From NCBI GenBank assembly GCA_951406725.2, contig OX597820.1:26536001-26600000 (forward strand): 64,000 nt of DNA, given 5' to 3'. A program made the translations under genes and the position numbers. This document shows positions 13,491 through 26,969 of the stretch, piece after piece. Each line of letters opens with the position of its first letter. The stretch's first letter is position 1. Origin of the DNA: Octopus vulgaris. Its lineage: Eukaryota. The notes below the pieces were generated by a model. It worked only from the letters and a program-made list of their open reading frames with translations. It was not told where the DNA came from and searched no databases.

Positions 13491-14030
13491 ATTTATATAT
13501 ATATGTGTATATATATATATATGTATATATATACATACACACGTGCGCACACATATATTTACACACACATACAAAGTGCTTCTTTTAGTTTCTGTCTATC
13601 AAATCCACCCACCAGGCTTTGCCAGAGCCTGGCATTATAGTAGAAGACACTTGCCCAAGATACTGCGCAGCAGGATTGAACCCAAGACCACATGGTTTGG
13701 AAGCAAGCTCTTCAACCACACAACCATGCCTGTACCTTATTATATTTAATAGAAAAATAAATTGCTATAATTACATTAAAACCAACTGAAAAACAAAAAA
13801 AATCAACGTTATTAGAGATACGGAGTTAGCTACTTCAGTTTCGTATTCAGTCTCTTGAATCCAAAATACAAATGCCACACAGAGAATAACACATCACTTG
13901 GTGCGTTTTGGGTGTTTGTATAATAAATCACATTTGTTAATTAATTTTTCCTTTTTCTTTTTTTGCTAATGAAATTCTTGGTGAATACAGTTTTAGCTTT
14001 GTATCAGTTTCAGAAAAAAAAAAAAAAAGA

Positions 14031-14073
<43 letters not shown>

Positions 14074-14499
14074 CACTGTAATTTGTCTAGTTAAGGCCTT
14101 AATTTTCACCCTTTGACTTTTGTTAAAGTGTCGAGGTTATTGCAACCTTTTCACTTCTGAGTCATAGTCTGTAACTTTTTTATCATCTGTTCAGTTGGGA
14201 GACGTAATAAATGTCTAGAAAGAGATGGAAAATGAATTTTATTAAATTTTCATCATATATATTTCTCTCTTTCTTCAACATCCACTCTGTATCTCTCTCT
14301 TTTTTTGTTATTAATCCTATTTCCTCTCTCATTCTCTCTTTCTTCCCCTCCTCCTCACTTTCTGTATTTCACTTTACATCTTGGACTTTTTCAAAAATTT
14401 CTCTTCTGCTTTTCTTTTCTCTTTTGTATTCTAAAGTTTTATTCTTTATTTTTCTACTTGTTCGTTCATCTCTCCCGTTTCTTTCTTTCTTTTCTTTTT

Positions 14500-15065
14500 T
14501 CCTCACTCTCTCTCTTTCTTTCCCTCACTCTCTTTCTTTCTCTCACTCTCTTTCCCTCACTCTCTTTCTTTCCCTCACTCTCTTTCTTTCCCTCACTTTC
14601 TTTCCCTCTCTCTTTCTTTCTTTCCCTCTCTCTTTCTTTCCCTCACTCTCTTTCTTTCTTTCCCTCTTTCTTTCCCTCTCTCTTTCTTTCTTTCCCTCTC
14701 TCTTTCTTTCTTTCCCTCTCTCTTTCTTTCTTTCCCTCTCTCTTTCTTTCTTTCCCTCTTTCTTTCCCTCTCTCTTTCTTTCTTTCCCTCTCTCTTTCTT
14801 TCTTTCCCTCTCTCTTTCTTTCTTTCCCTCTCTCTTTCTTTCCCTCTCTCTTTCTTTCCCTCTCTTTCTTTCTTTCCCTCTCTCTTTCTTTCCCTCTCTT
14901 TCTTTCCCTCTCTCTTTCTTTCCCTCTCTCTTTCTTTCCCTCACTCTTTTTCTTTCCCTCACTCTTTTTCTTTCCCTCACTCTTTCTTTCTTTCCCTCAC
15001 TCTTTCTTTCCTTCACTCCTTCTTCCTCTCTTTCTTTCTCTCACTCTCTCTCTTTCTCTCCTTTT
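14500..15065. repeat. ~560-bp nearly pure polypyrimidine minisatellite (TCTTTCTTTCCCTC-like units)
   Basis: Read directly; only occasional A residues. Confidence 0.95.
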
Positions 15066-15441
15066 CGATTTCACTCATCTCATTCATTTAATTATGACAA
15101 CCATGCCCAACAGATTCGCACACACATCACTACATATCCAGTCATGCATGCATATATAAGTATGCACACACACACACACACATGCAGTCATGTACAAGTG
15201 CACATGTACTTGCAAATGCTCAAGTGCGCATACACATATGTAAACTACATGATGAAACACACACACCTACACTTACCCACCTATGAAAACACATTGACTC
15301 ATACATGCACACAAATACACACTGACTCATGCACACACACACACTCATACATTCACTTACACATACACACACTCAATTACTTGCACACATGCACACTCGT
15401 AAAAACCATGCTTATTCATGCAAGCATACATGTGCATGTAT

Positions 15442-15487
<46 letters not shown>

Positions 15488-15622
15488 ACACAAGTACATG
15501 CTCTTACATACATGCATAAGCACTGTCAGTTACACACATGGTCAAATTAGATACACACATACACACTCATGCATAAATATACAGACAGACACAATGTTGG
15601 CATTTACACATATACTCAAATT

Positions 15623-15668
<46 letters not shown>

Positions 15669-15713
15669 ACTCGCTCAAATATCCATATACATTTACTCGT
15701 AGTTGGGTAAGTG

Positions 15714-15760
<47 letters not shown>

Positions 15761-17006
15761 TTCATCATGTATGTGTGATAGATTATATAAATGAACAGAA
15801 ACACACATGTTGACATTTACACATATACCAAAATTACACACACACACACACATACACACTCACATGTACACACACACACACTTGTTTACTTACATGCATA
15901 CATACACAAGTGCATAAGCATACATACACACCGACATGGTGACATTTACACATACACACGCACACACACATGCACACACACACACACACACTCTCTCTCA
16001 CTCTCTCTCTCTCTCTCTCTCTTTTCCATTTACTCACTCAGAACAACGTAATCAGCCATAATTTAAAGTATAATTGTGACTACTAAAGAAATATATTTCA
16101 AACTATGGTACAACACTGGTTCCTACCTCCTTCCCTTCCTTTCCTCCATTCTTCCTGCTACTATTTCCTCTTCCTAATCCAGCCCCACCCTGATCCCATC
16201 CCAGTCTCCCATTGTTCTTTCAGCCCTTGTTCTATAATTCTCATCCCTGGAACCAGCTATTCTACACCACACACAAAACGTTAAAATTCTCTTGATTCTG
16301 CATAACTGCTCCCCCCCCCCCCCCACCGACACCTCCCTTCCTCACTGTCTTTTGTTGTGCTACAACAACTCTCATGGGAACGGCTCTGCCCTACCACATT
16401 GTGCCAACTTCTGCTACGTTTCCTACTCCTACTCTGAGCACTCTCGAGGCAAGAAGTAGAATGCTCATATGGACAGGCCTTGAACTATGAACTACAAACT
16501 ATAAGATCTTCATTCGTTGTTGTTGGTGTTTTAACCTCAGCTCATACAGATGGTTAATTAGTTGGCAGAACTGTTAGTGTTGAATGAAATGCCTTGTGGG
16601 ATTTATTTCAGTGTCTTACACACTGAGTTCAATTTCCACTGAGGTCAGCTGGACTTGTCATTCCTTGACAGTTGATTAAATGAAGTACCAGTCTAGAGTG
16701 GTGAACTGACAGAAATATAAATATGTTAAATAAGATGCCTAGGGATGTTTTGTTTTGGCTTTTTGCCCTCTGTTGAAAACTTGAATGGTAGACTTTATCT
16801 GTTGCTGGATTCTTAGGTATCTTTAACTGTGTCTACTCTGTTGGAAGTTTTCAGGCCGAGTTTGAGAATGCATCTCTCTCCATCTTCTCCCCAACTAGTC
16901 TTGAAACTGCTTAAAAAGAGTTATGAACCCTGCCTTCCCTCCTGACTAAGATATACATAGGTGCAAGAGTGGGTGTGAAGTAAGAAGTGGATTTGGTAGA
17001 CATAAA

Positions 17007-17048
<42 letters not shown>

Positions 17049-17092
17049 TTGCAGTATTTTTGATGTGAAATCGTGTGTTGAAACGGATATTG

Positions 17093-17218
17093 TTGTATTT
17101 AGGAATGGTCATTTTGCCAGTTTAGCCAATAAAATAACGCTGAAGCTAAGTAGCACCAAATATATAGTGCGTGTGGTTTTATTGGCTAAACTGGCAAAAT
17201 GACCATTCCTAAATACAA
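17093..17218. repeat. Perfect 42-bp inverted repeat, related to the 1135-1220 sequence
   Basis: 17093-17134 is the exact reverse complement of 17177-17218. Confidence 0.9.
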
Positions 17219-17232
17219 TATATATATATATA

Positions 17233-18938
17233 TCATCATCATCATCGTTTAACGTCCGCTTTCCATGCTAGCATGGGTTGGACGGTTCAACTGGGGTCTG
17301 GGAAGCCCGAAGGCTGCACCAGGCCAGTCAGATGTGGCAGTGTTTCTACAGCTGGATGCCCTTCCTAACGCCAACCACTCCGAGAGTGTAGTGGGTGATT
17401 TTATGTGCCACCGACACAGGTGCCAGACGAGGCTGGCAGACGGCCACGCTCGGATGGTGTTTTTTATGTGCCACCGACACAGGTGCCAGACGAGGCTGGC
17501 AGACGGCCACGCTCGGATGGTGTTTTCTTATGTGTCACCGACACAGGTGCCAGACGAGGCTGGCGGACGGCCACGCTCGGATGGTGTTTGTTACGTGCCC
17601 TCAGCACGGAGGCCAGTCATTGCGGTACTGGCTACGGTCACGTTCGGATGGTTTTCTTATGTGCCACCGGCACTGGTACCACAAGGATACAAATTCCATT
17701 GATGTTCATCTATTTTGATTTGGTTCGATTTGATTCGATACGATTCTCACTTGCCTCAACAGGTCTTCACAAGTGTCACAAGAAGGAAGGTATGCACTGG
17801 TGGACTGACTACGTCCCAGGTAGGGGCCACGGATTATGGCTTCACTAGTCTTGCCGGGTCTTCTCACGCACAGCATACTTCCATAGGTCTCGGTCTCTAG
17901 TCATTTCCATGGTGAGACCTAACGTCCGAAGGTCGTGCTTCACCACCTCGTCCCAGGTTTTCCTGGGTCTACCTCTTCCACGGGTTCCCTCAACTGCTAG
18001 GGATTGGCACTTTCTCACACACCTATCTTCATCCATTCTCGCCACATGACCATACCAGCGCAATCGTCTCTCTTGCACACAACAACTGATGCTTCTTAGG
18101 TACAACATTTCTCTCAAGGTACTAACGCTCTGTCGAGTAAGTACACTGACATTACACATCCATCGGAGCATACTGGCTTCGTTCCTCACGAGCTTACGCA
18201 TGTCCTCAGCAGTCACGGCCCATGTTTCACTGCCATGTAGCATAGCTGTTCGTACACATGCATCATACAGTCTGCCTTTTACTCTGAGCGAGAGGCCTTT
18301 AGTCACCAGCAGAGGTAAGAGCTCCCTAAACTTTGCCCAGGCTATTCTTATTCTAGCAGTTACACTTTCAGCGCACCCACCCCCACTACTGATTTGGTCA
18401 CCTAGATAGCGGAAGCTATCAACTACTTCTAGTTTTTCCCCCGGAAAGTGACAGAAGTTGTTTTCTGCAGATTTTCGGAGGTCAATGCTCCAGAGCACCT
18501 GCCACATACAAAAACTATCTTCCCAGTTAGCCTACCTTTGACATTGCTGCACCTCTTATGTGTCCATAGCTTACACTGGGTACATCTTATAGAGTTTCTA
18601 CCTACACCTTTTCTACAGATCGAGCAGGGCCATCTTCCTGAGGATATTTGTGGGTTTTCTACCTTTCTACTTATTAGTACTTTGGTTTTAGCTAGGTTGA
18701 CTCTAAGGCCCCTCGATTCTAAACCCTCCTTCCACACCTGGAACTTCTCCTCCAGTTCTGATAGTGACTCAGCGATTAGAGCGAGGTCGTCAGCATAGAG
18801 GAGCTCCCAGGGGCAACCTGTCTTGAATTCCTCCGTTATTGCCTGGAGGACTATGATAAATAGGAGGGGGCTGAGTACTGAACCCTGGTGGACCCCAACC
18901 TCTACTTTGAATTCTTCTGTGTACATGTTGCCAACTCT

Positions 18939-18941
<3 letters not shown>
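17233..18941 (-). mobile_element. 5'-truncated RTE-clade LINE (RT C-terminal half, 3' UTR, (GAT)n tail), inserted in (TA)n
   Basis: HQGSVLSPLLF and YADD (18786-18797), FRYLG, RRLRWYGHVARM, RGRGRPRKTW. One frameshift near 18440. The 3' UTR has three ~63-bp tandem units. TA repeats lie on both sides. Confidence 0.95.
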
Positions 18942-18974
<33 letters not shown>

Positions 18975-18976
<2 letters not shown>

Positions 18977-19265
18977 CAAGACTCAAGAGAAATTTAAAGA
19001 AGAATGTTATGATCAAGAAGGTGAATCACAATGACCTTTCTGCGTGTGCAGTTTGTGACAGACTAAGCCTTTCTTTTGCTGGGCTCAAATCTCATTTACG
19101 GAACCCATAGAAAACGAACTTCCACCAAATATTCTACCTATATGTCTGTGCACACCTTTCAATGCAATGTATGCCAGAAAGTTTGCAAATCTAACGGAAG
19201 TTTCAAAAGACATTTTAAGATCCACAAAGATCAGAACTTAACTGCAGTGGTCCAAATTGGATATG
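18975..19265 (+). mobile_element. LINE C-terminal remnant with two C2H2-like fingers
   Basis: Frameshifted CAVCDR..AGLKSHLR followed by FQCNVCQKVCKSNGSFKRHFKIH. Confidence 0.55.
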
Positions 19266-19979
19266 CAATTTATATATTGGTGAAAGAGTACAGCAGGGAT
19301 CGCTCCCCCCCCCCCACTGGAGCCTTGTGGAGCTTTAGGTGTTTTCGCTCAATAAACGCTCACAATGCCCGGTCTGGGAATTGAAACCGCGAGTCTGCTG
19401 CCCTAACCACTGGGCCATTGCGCCTCCACATTATATATATATATATATATATATCTGTGTGTGTGTGAGGTCAACCCTGATCATGATCTATGATCAAAGA
19501 TATTCTAGCCGTAACCATTCTGTTTATTACATATTAAGTCATCAAATATGTTCTCAAGGACCTTTCTACCAACCTGAAAATTGCCATCCCACCTTAACAA
19601 CCCCCCCTCCCCTCCACTCCAAATCTTTTTACTGTCTCTCACTTCACCACTTTCCAGCCTCTGGCTAATAGGGACCTCATGTCGTCCTTCCTCATTCCCA
19701 TCAACAATCTAAAATGTGAAAAATGTTCCTGCCACCCACTAACTGGAATCAGGGAAATGAGTAAACTCTAGCAAGGTTGACATTAAAAATCCTCGTATAA
19801 TAACTTACATTATTATTATTTTGTAGTAATATATATATATATATATATATATATTAATATATATTAATAATATTCCGTGTCAAAGAATTTTGATGTAAAC
19901 AATCAGGTCATTGCTATTCTACTTCACACACACATTCCAAGTGTGTGTGTGTGTATGAGTGAGTATGTATGTATGTATG

Positions 19980-20021
<42 letters not shown>

Positions 20022-20290
20022 AACACATGCAAATATCTACATGCATACATATATATTATACATATACACAACACACATGCATACATCTATGTGTAATACA
20101 TATACACAACACACATGCATACATCTATGTGTAATATATATACACACACAACATATGCATACATCTCTCTATATATATACATATATATAGGGAGAGTTTA
20201 CGAAAAAGACAATGATAGGTGGTGTACAAAACAAACAGATGTATTAGTATAATGGTCAGGAATAGAAAAATTCTTTTACGTGTATGTATG

Positions 20291-20333
<43 letters not shown>

Positions 20334-20440
20334 CATGTGTATATAGTTGTTTAGGAATCAAGAATACATCTGTCAGAAAACAAAAAGGAAAAAAAGCAGG
20401 CACTTGTATATTTATCAATTAAGTGATTATATCAATATTT

Positions 20441-20680
20441 ATACAACAGTATTATAGATTTATTTCAGGTGATTTTTACCTATCAGTTTTTTCATGACTT
20501 ATGGGGTAACCTAAGATGGCACTCATCAGAGGTAGCTGGCATACCAACTGCATCAGAAAGGAATTCGCCATATTTTCCATATGAATTCCCCTGATGAGGT
20601 GTGTCTTAGGTTACCTTTCTAACTTGTATGTGAAACTAATTGACTAAATCAGCTGAAATGGATCTGTATTACTTTATAAT
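20441..20680. repeat. Diverged inverted repeat with CUGAUGA...GAAA motif in each arm
   Basis: ggtaacctaagatggcactcatcag pairs with ctgatgaggtgtgtcttaggttacc. Cores at 20523-20529 (-) and 20591-20597 (+); gaaac at 20632-20636. Confidence 0.7.
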
Positions 20681-20809
20681 GCAATATTAATATATGTATA
20701 TATTAATATTTTTGCTTAAGAAAATTGTACTTAAAATGATGTAGATTTTGTGTTTATTTGGATAGTTGATGATCCACCCTGTTGCTGCTCAGAGTTTCAT
20801 GATATGTAA

Positions 20810-21170
20810 CAGTGGCTCGTGACTATTTTTATCTATGGACCCCTTTGATTACTATTTTATTCTGGTGGACCCCTATAGCCATTCAATGTTTAAAACCTAG
20901 TTTTATAGAGTCTTCTTTCCAAATTCTTATTTTGTTTTCACATGTTCACTTGCAGTATAGCACTCTCTGAGAGGACATGTTTCGGTGGCCAGACATATGT
21001 TAAACTATGTAAAACAGCTGTTTCTTGCAACAAATACAACCAAAGCCAATTTTTTCATAGACCCTTGATATGCTACTGTTGACCCTCAGTTTACTATTTT
21101 GCTTATCTGGACCCTCATAGATCTTATATGGACCCTGGGCCTCCATATGCACGCTGGTTGAGAACTATTG
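20810..21170. mobile_element. hAT-like MITE with internal ggaccc repeats
   Basis: cagtggctc...gttgagaactattg ends resemble CAGTGGTTCTCAAC TIRs; repeated subterminal ggaccc motifs. Confidence 0.6.
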
Positions 21171-21361
21171 ATATATATGACCAACATACTACAACCACTT
21201 CTCACTCGTCACCTCACTGGCTTAGAACTGTAGAAGTAACTAAATGAACAGCAACTGAGTTAATCATCAATTATACACACACACATTACACTAGAATGTT
21301 TATAATTGCAAAACCAATTCTGTAGTGTCATTGTATTTCTTTTTTCTGTCTCTATCTTTAG

Positions 21362-21449
21362 ATTTGAGCTGTCAGCAGAGATGAGGAACGCTTGTGAGAT
21401 ACTCCACATCTATCTGGAAGATTCCACCCGGGTACAGACTAAAGAACTT
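21362..21449 (+). CDS. KANK: KANK exon (FELSAEMRNACEILHIYLEDSTRVQTKEL)
   Basis: tttag acceptor, gtaagt donor at 21450, phase 2-0. Resembles the helical segment preceding the KANK ankyrin repeats. Confidence 0.85.
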
Positions 21450-22557
21450 GTAAGTAGTTACCTCTAATCGCTAGTCTAACTAGATTGTGTACCACCTGGG
21501 GCTGCCCTTCAGTTTTCTGCTCCTTGGTTACCCTCAAAAAAATACATATTTCCTACAGCAGATCCAAAAGTGGTGCTGCCCCCATAAAAGTGCCACCTGG
21601 GATGGACCACCCCTCCATCCCACTCTTGTGCCTCTATTGTGTCAGGATGGGCTGCAGTGTGTCTGTCTTGGAATAAATGCAGAGTGGCTCAGATGGTATG
21701 CTGTTGGGATTGCCATCTGGCTCACAGGTGTAGGACATGGGTTTTGAGGCACCTGTTTGCTTTATAATCACTGTTTTAGATTGAGTTCCAATGCATGGCA
21801 CTTTGTAAGTATCTCCTGCAGCCAAGAATTATCCAATAACTTGTGAATGGAATTTTGTAGACAAAAACTGTGTTGTGGAAAACTGTTATGTATTTGTGCG
21901 TGTGTGCATGTGTATGTATAGGTATGTATTTATGTATCTGTGTGTATTTATACACACACACATTTTCTATACATGTGAATGTGTGTGCATGCATATGGTC
22001 TATTTATGTAATCCAATGAAGCTGTTGTCCATGAATGAATTGTTTTGTGCAGTTATGTCATATTTACATTGAAACCCTTAACAGGCCTCCATCTTTTCTC
22101 CATTAAAGAAGAAATAAAAAAAGCCAGATGCATTGTGGGGAGTTCAGGGTGATGGAAGAGGGGAGATAATTCTAATTTTAAGCTGAGTGATTTATCTTGT
22201 GTGTGTGTGTGTGTGTCTACAGACAACACTCAGTGAGCTTCCATAGAGTTTTCTTCTTCCAGTTCCATTCAGAACTCATTTATTGACTCTCGGGGCTATA
22301 TTAGATGACGCTTGCTGAAGGTGTTGTGCAATAAGACTTAACCCGAGACTATGCTGTTGTAAAGCCATCATCTTGTCCAAATAGCCATCCCTTTGCCTTT
22401 CTTTAAGTGTGTGTGTGTGCACGCGTGCACATCTGCATGTGCGCATGAGCGTGTAAAGTATTTCTATTTTTGCATCATGTTAATATGTAAATATCTCAAT
22501 TTTATTCATTCTCTGATGTATCTCTATTTCTTTTTCTCTGTTGCCACTTCTATGCAG

Positions 22558-22707
22558 AATTCGTGTCTTGACCAAATACGACAGGAATGGTTCAAAGTGT
22601 CCAGTCACAAACTGTCCAATCCACACCAAGTTGAAGACTATTTGTCCAGTTTCAATGAAATTGACAAGAAATTACTCAAATACATAGTAAACCTACTCGA
22701 TTCCAAT
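22558..22707 (+). CDS. KANK: KANK exon (NSCLDQIRQEWFKVSS...LLKYIVNLLDSN)
   Basis: tgcag acceptor, gtaagt donor, 150 nt, phase 0-0. QEWFxVSS and LLxYxVNLxDxN are KANK hallmarks. Confidence 0.93.
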
Positions 22708-23780
22708 GTAAGTGTTATTCTATTTGTTTTGGTGTTGTGTTTTTTTTTAATTGTTTAATCCATTTATTTTTTCAGTCATTGGACTGTGGCCATGCTGGAG
22801 CACCACTCAAAGAAGTTTAGTTGAATGAATTGATCCTAGTACTTGATTTAAAAAAAAAATTCCTGTTATTTATTTTACCGGTTGTTTGCTGAACTGCTAG
22901 GTTATAGGGGTGTAAACAAACCAACACTGGTTGTCAAGCATTGGTGGGTGACAAATATGCACAATCACACAAACACATGCATAGATTGTGTGTGTGTGTG
23001 TGTGTGGGTGTATGTTTGTGGTGGTGGGGGGTTACCAAATGAAGATATGTGCATTTTCTAGTTCTGTTTCTGTTGCTTCCCCTAATACCTAATTCACTTT
23101 GACTTTTGTTTACCTTCATGGGTATTAAAATACGAGACAAAGTTCCGGGGCTGGCTATATTCAACCAATAACCCATGAAAGCAGTGCTCCAGCATGGCCA
23201 AAGTCTAGAGACTCAAACCAGTAAAAGGAAGGCAATAGAAAAGAAACGTGGCTGGATGATATAAGTCCTGTGTGACAAAATGAGCTGAGAAGTGGGAGAT
23301 CAGTTGAGAGAAAAAGGGAGAGTAGTAGGAGGAGGAGGGAGAGTAGGAGGAGAAGAAGAACCAGAAGACGACCAACAAAAGCTAAGCAGATACAATTGCA
23401 TAGGAAGATATGGTAAGGTCAGATCTGTGTATGCTAGTTTAGTTTCACAGACCAAATGATTTAGCATCATGAAGAAAAGATGCTACTTATTAAAGCTACT
23501 TGTTACCAAACTAGATATTCCTCACCTTTCAAAATTATTCTCCATTATCTTTATATTAATTTATATTATTATACATACATCCAAATAAGTATATATAGAA
23601 ATTACATTCATTAAAAAGAAATCCCACAATCCCAATAAATAAATAAATATATATATATTTATACTTTATTATCATTAAAATTATGTTTTTGCAGGTTTAA
23701 TAATAATAAAGCATATGACTCTACCTCTGGTATTCGAGTACCATTTCCCCCACCTTGTTTCACATTTCTGCTTACTTTGG

Positions 23781-23830
<50 letters not shown>

Positions 23831-24332
23831 ATTAAATCTTTAGAAAGGTTTTAGTTTGCAGCCTTGTCCTGCTCATAGAAGCAGAGACAAAAGAAAAAAG
23901 AAAAAATAGTTGTAGCATATATGTGGTTGCTCTTTCTGTTAGAAATAGCAGCCAAATCTCTCAAATAACACACTATACCATTGCATATCTTGAAAAAAGA
24001 AACTGAATAAATAATAACACATTAGGTCATCTAGTTGCTTGACCTGCTTGCTTGTGTGCTTAGGTGGGTGTACTTTTAAGATTGCACTTAAAATTCTACA
24101 CCCCCACATGTGTTTATTTCTGTTGCAGTAATTCATTTATTTTTGTCATTTTCCAAACTATTATTGTTGCAATGTTCTTTAAAATGCAAATGAGGGGCTA
24201 ATTCAATGCATTTATGACAGAGAGAAGGATAGTCTCCAAAATATAAATTATTGATAAGATTTGAGATTTGGATTCAAGTTATGGCATAACATTGATTCAT
24301 GCCCTTCATAGATGTGAAGATTTGTGTGTGTC

Positions 24333-24372
<40 letters not shown>

Positions 24373-25187
24373 TTCTGGTGTGTGTGTGTGTGTGTGTGGC
24401 TTGATGTATGATATTTTGTATATCCATGTATGATCAAATTTGTATTACCTTTGTGTGTGTGTGTGAAAGTTCTGGTGTGTGTGAGTTGTTTGAGTGTGTG
24501 TGGTTCAATGTATGTTTTGGTATTTCCATGTACATGTTAGTATCTATTTGTGTTGTGTGTGTGTGTTCTTGTGTGTGTATGGATGTGCAAGTTCTTGTGT
24601 GTGTGTGTGTGTGTATGTGGCTTGATGTATGATTTTTTTTTGTATATCCATGTATGATTAAATTTGTATTATCTTTGTGTGTGTGTGTGTGTGTGTATGT
24701 GTGTGTGTGGTTGTATGAGTTTTGTATACATGTATATATTTGTATTCATCTTTGTGTGTATATATATAAATGGCGGTGCCCCAGCATGGCCACAGCTCGT
24801 GAGCTGAAACTAGATAAAATAAAATTTTAAAAAAATATGAGTTTTGGTGTCTGTATGTATGAGTGTTTGTATATCCATGCATGGTTAGACATATTTATGT
24901 TTGTGTATGGCTTGATGTATCAGTTTTGTATGCATCCATTTATATTTGTCTTTGTGGCTCAATGTATAATTTTTGTATATTCATGTATAGCTGTATGTGT
25001 GTGTATGAATGAATGAATGAATGAATGAATGAATGAATGAGAGAGATATGGAAGCCACAGAAATATACGAGAGAGGAGGAGGAGGAGGAGGAGGTGTGTC
25101 TCTCTGAGCAAGAGAGATAAATCCATGTATGTGTATATGTGTTTTTGTAACTGAAACAGACTGCATGGTTGTGTGCTTGTTTGTATG

Positions 25188-25225
<38 letters not shown>

Positions 25226-26051
25226 AAAGAGATTGTGTAGGTGTGTGTGTATGCAAAGGAGAAGACAAAAGAGATATACTGGTATTTCCTGTTGCCATTG
25301 TTTGCCATCTCATATTGAACCAGCGAACCAGTTCTTCAAGTCTTCCTCTCACTATGCGTACCCCCCCCCCCGCCAGTCTTACTGCTTCAAAGTTGTGTAG
25401 TCACCACACAGATGTGTATTTGGTAATGTGTGATGTGGCCCTGGCATCCCTTACATGTCAGAAAAACAAAATGGGATGGTCGTGTTTGGAATGTCTTTGA
25501 TCTTAAATGTGTGCTGCATATGCTACATCAAGACTTAGTTCTAGCTAACCAACAACAACACACTGTCTACACTACTCTGTACATAACATACACCACACAA
25601 CACTAGGTCATATACTATTCTACTACATGCTACTTACCACATACTACATCTTGTACTATGCTCCATAACACACTGCACAACATCATACTGTGCTATACCA
25701 TGCTGTGTACTATACCACATCACTTTGCCCATTCCAATTAGAAAGCCTGTATACAGTCTTGTGGTTGGTTAGAAATCCCAGCTGACCTTCTCTCTCTCAA
25801 ATTAGACTTTCTGTCTTAAAGGATGAATTGGGTGATGAAATCTCTGATATACAATATATGAATGGATAAATAAGGGTGCAGGCATGGCTGTGTGGTAAGA
25901 AGCGTGCTTCCCAATCACATGGTTCTGGGTTCAGTCCCCACTGTGTGGCACCTTGGGCAAGTGCCTATATTTATTTTGGTTTTATGTTTTGTTCCTGTTT
26001 CCATTTTCTTTTATTGCTTTTATTTATATATTCTTTTTGTTTCTATTTCAG

Positions 26052-26264
26052 GGGAATTGTTCCATCCATTATTCCGTATCACATTCCAATTTTGAGATTG
26101 TCAGCCTCTTGCTGGATACAAACGTCTGTGATGTAGACAAACAGAACAAAGCCGGCTACTCCGCGATAATGTTGGCCTCCCTCGCATATGTACAGACTGA
26201 CGCTCACCGAGACACCGTTAAGCGACTCTTCAGAATGGGTGATGTCAATGGGAGATCGTCGCAG
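26052..26264 (+). CDS. KANK: KANK ankyrin-repeat exon (GNCSIHYSVSHSNFEIVSLLLD...GDVNGRSSQ)
   Basis: ttcag acceptor, gtacgt donor, 213 nt, phase 0-0. HYSVSHSNFEIV and QNKAGY match the KANK ankyrin repeats. Confidence 0.95.
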
Positions 26265-26969
26265 GTACGTGAGAACGTTTGTATGTGTGTTGTTGTTGTT
26301 AAGCAACAAGATGGATAAGGGTGATTAGGTGATGGTCTAGGGTTTAGGGGCGGGAGACCCCAGACCTTGGAAAAAAAAAAGCTTTGGTCGTCTTGCTGTA
26401 GTCAAGGGCTCTTTGTTGACGCCCGACACCACTGGGAGGTGGCCCTCGAAGTCACTGGAAATGGAGATCTCCAGATCCAAATTCTTGAACAGCTGCTGTT
26501 GTTTAATCCCAGGTCAGGCCTGATCAGTCAGATCTCAGATCAAAAGTATTCCAGTTGTGAATATTTATTTATATCTTAGAGGACTGTATTGTCAAGTTTG
26601 TCCCCTTTGAGGGAGATTTGGTTTCTATTTCTTGCAGATTGAGTGGTAACCATGTAAAACCTCCTTTGTGTGTGTGTGGTGGAGGTACATGTATGTGTGT
26701 CTGATGCTCCATTTGTTGGCATAACTTGATGAAACTGGATTATTGCAAGTGTTATAGAATTGAGAGAGAGAGAGAGAGCAGGTGTGTGTGTGTGTGCAGG
26801 CATGTTTCTTGTAAGGCTTTGTGTATGTGTTTTTATCTGTATGTATATGTGTGTGATGGCTGTTTGTGTATGTCTGTTGCCCTCATCTTCAACATAACAA
26901 ATATTTTAATTGTCAGTTTTTATCACCATTAATAGCTACAGTAATTATCATAATTTTTGCTATGGCAGC

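Noticed and set aside
14211-15710. 499-aa ORF
   Set aside because: Translation of CT- and CA-repeats; no domain or splice context.
17398-17590. Direct repeats resembling a CRISPR array
   Set aside because: Contiguous ~63-bp units with no unique spacers, inside a LINE 3' UTR in eukaryotic DNA.
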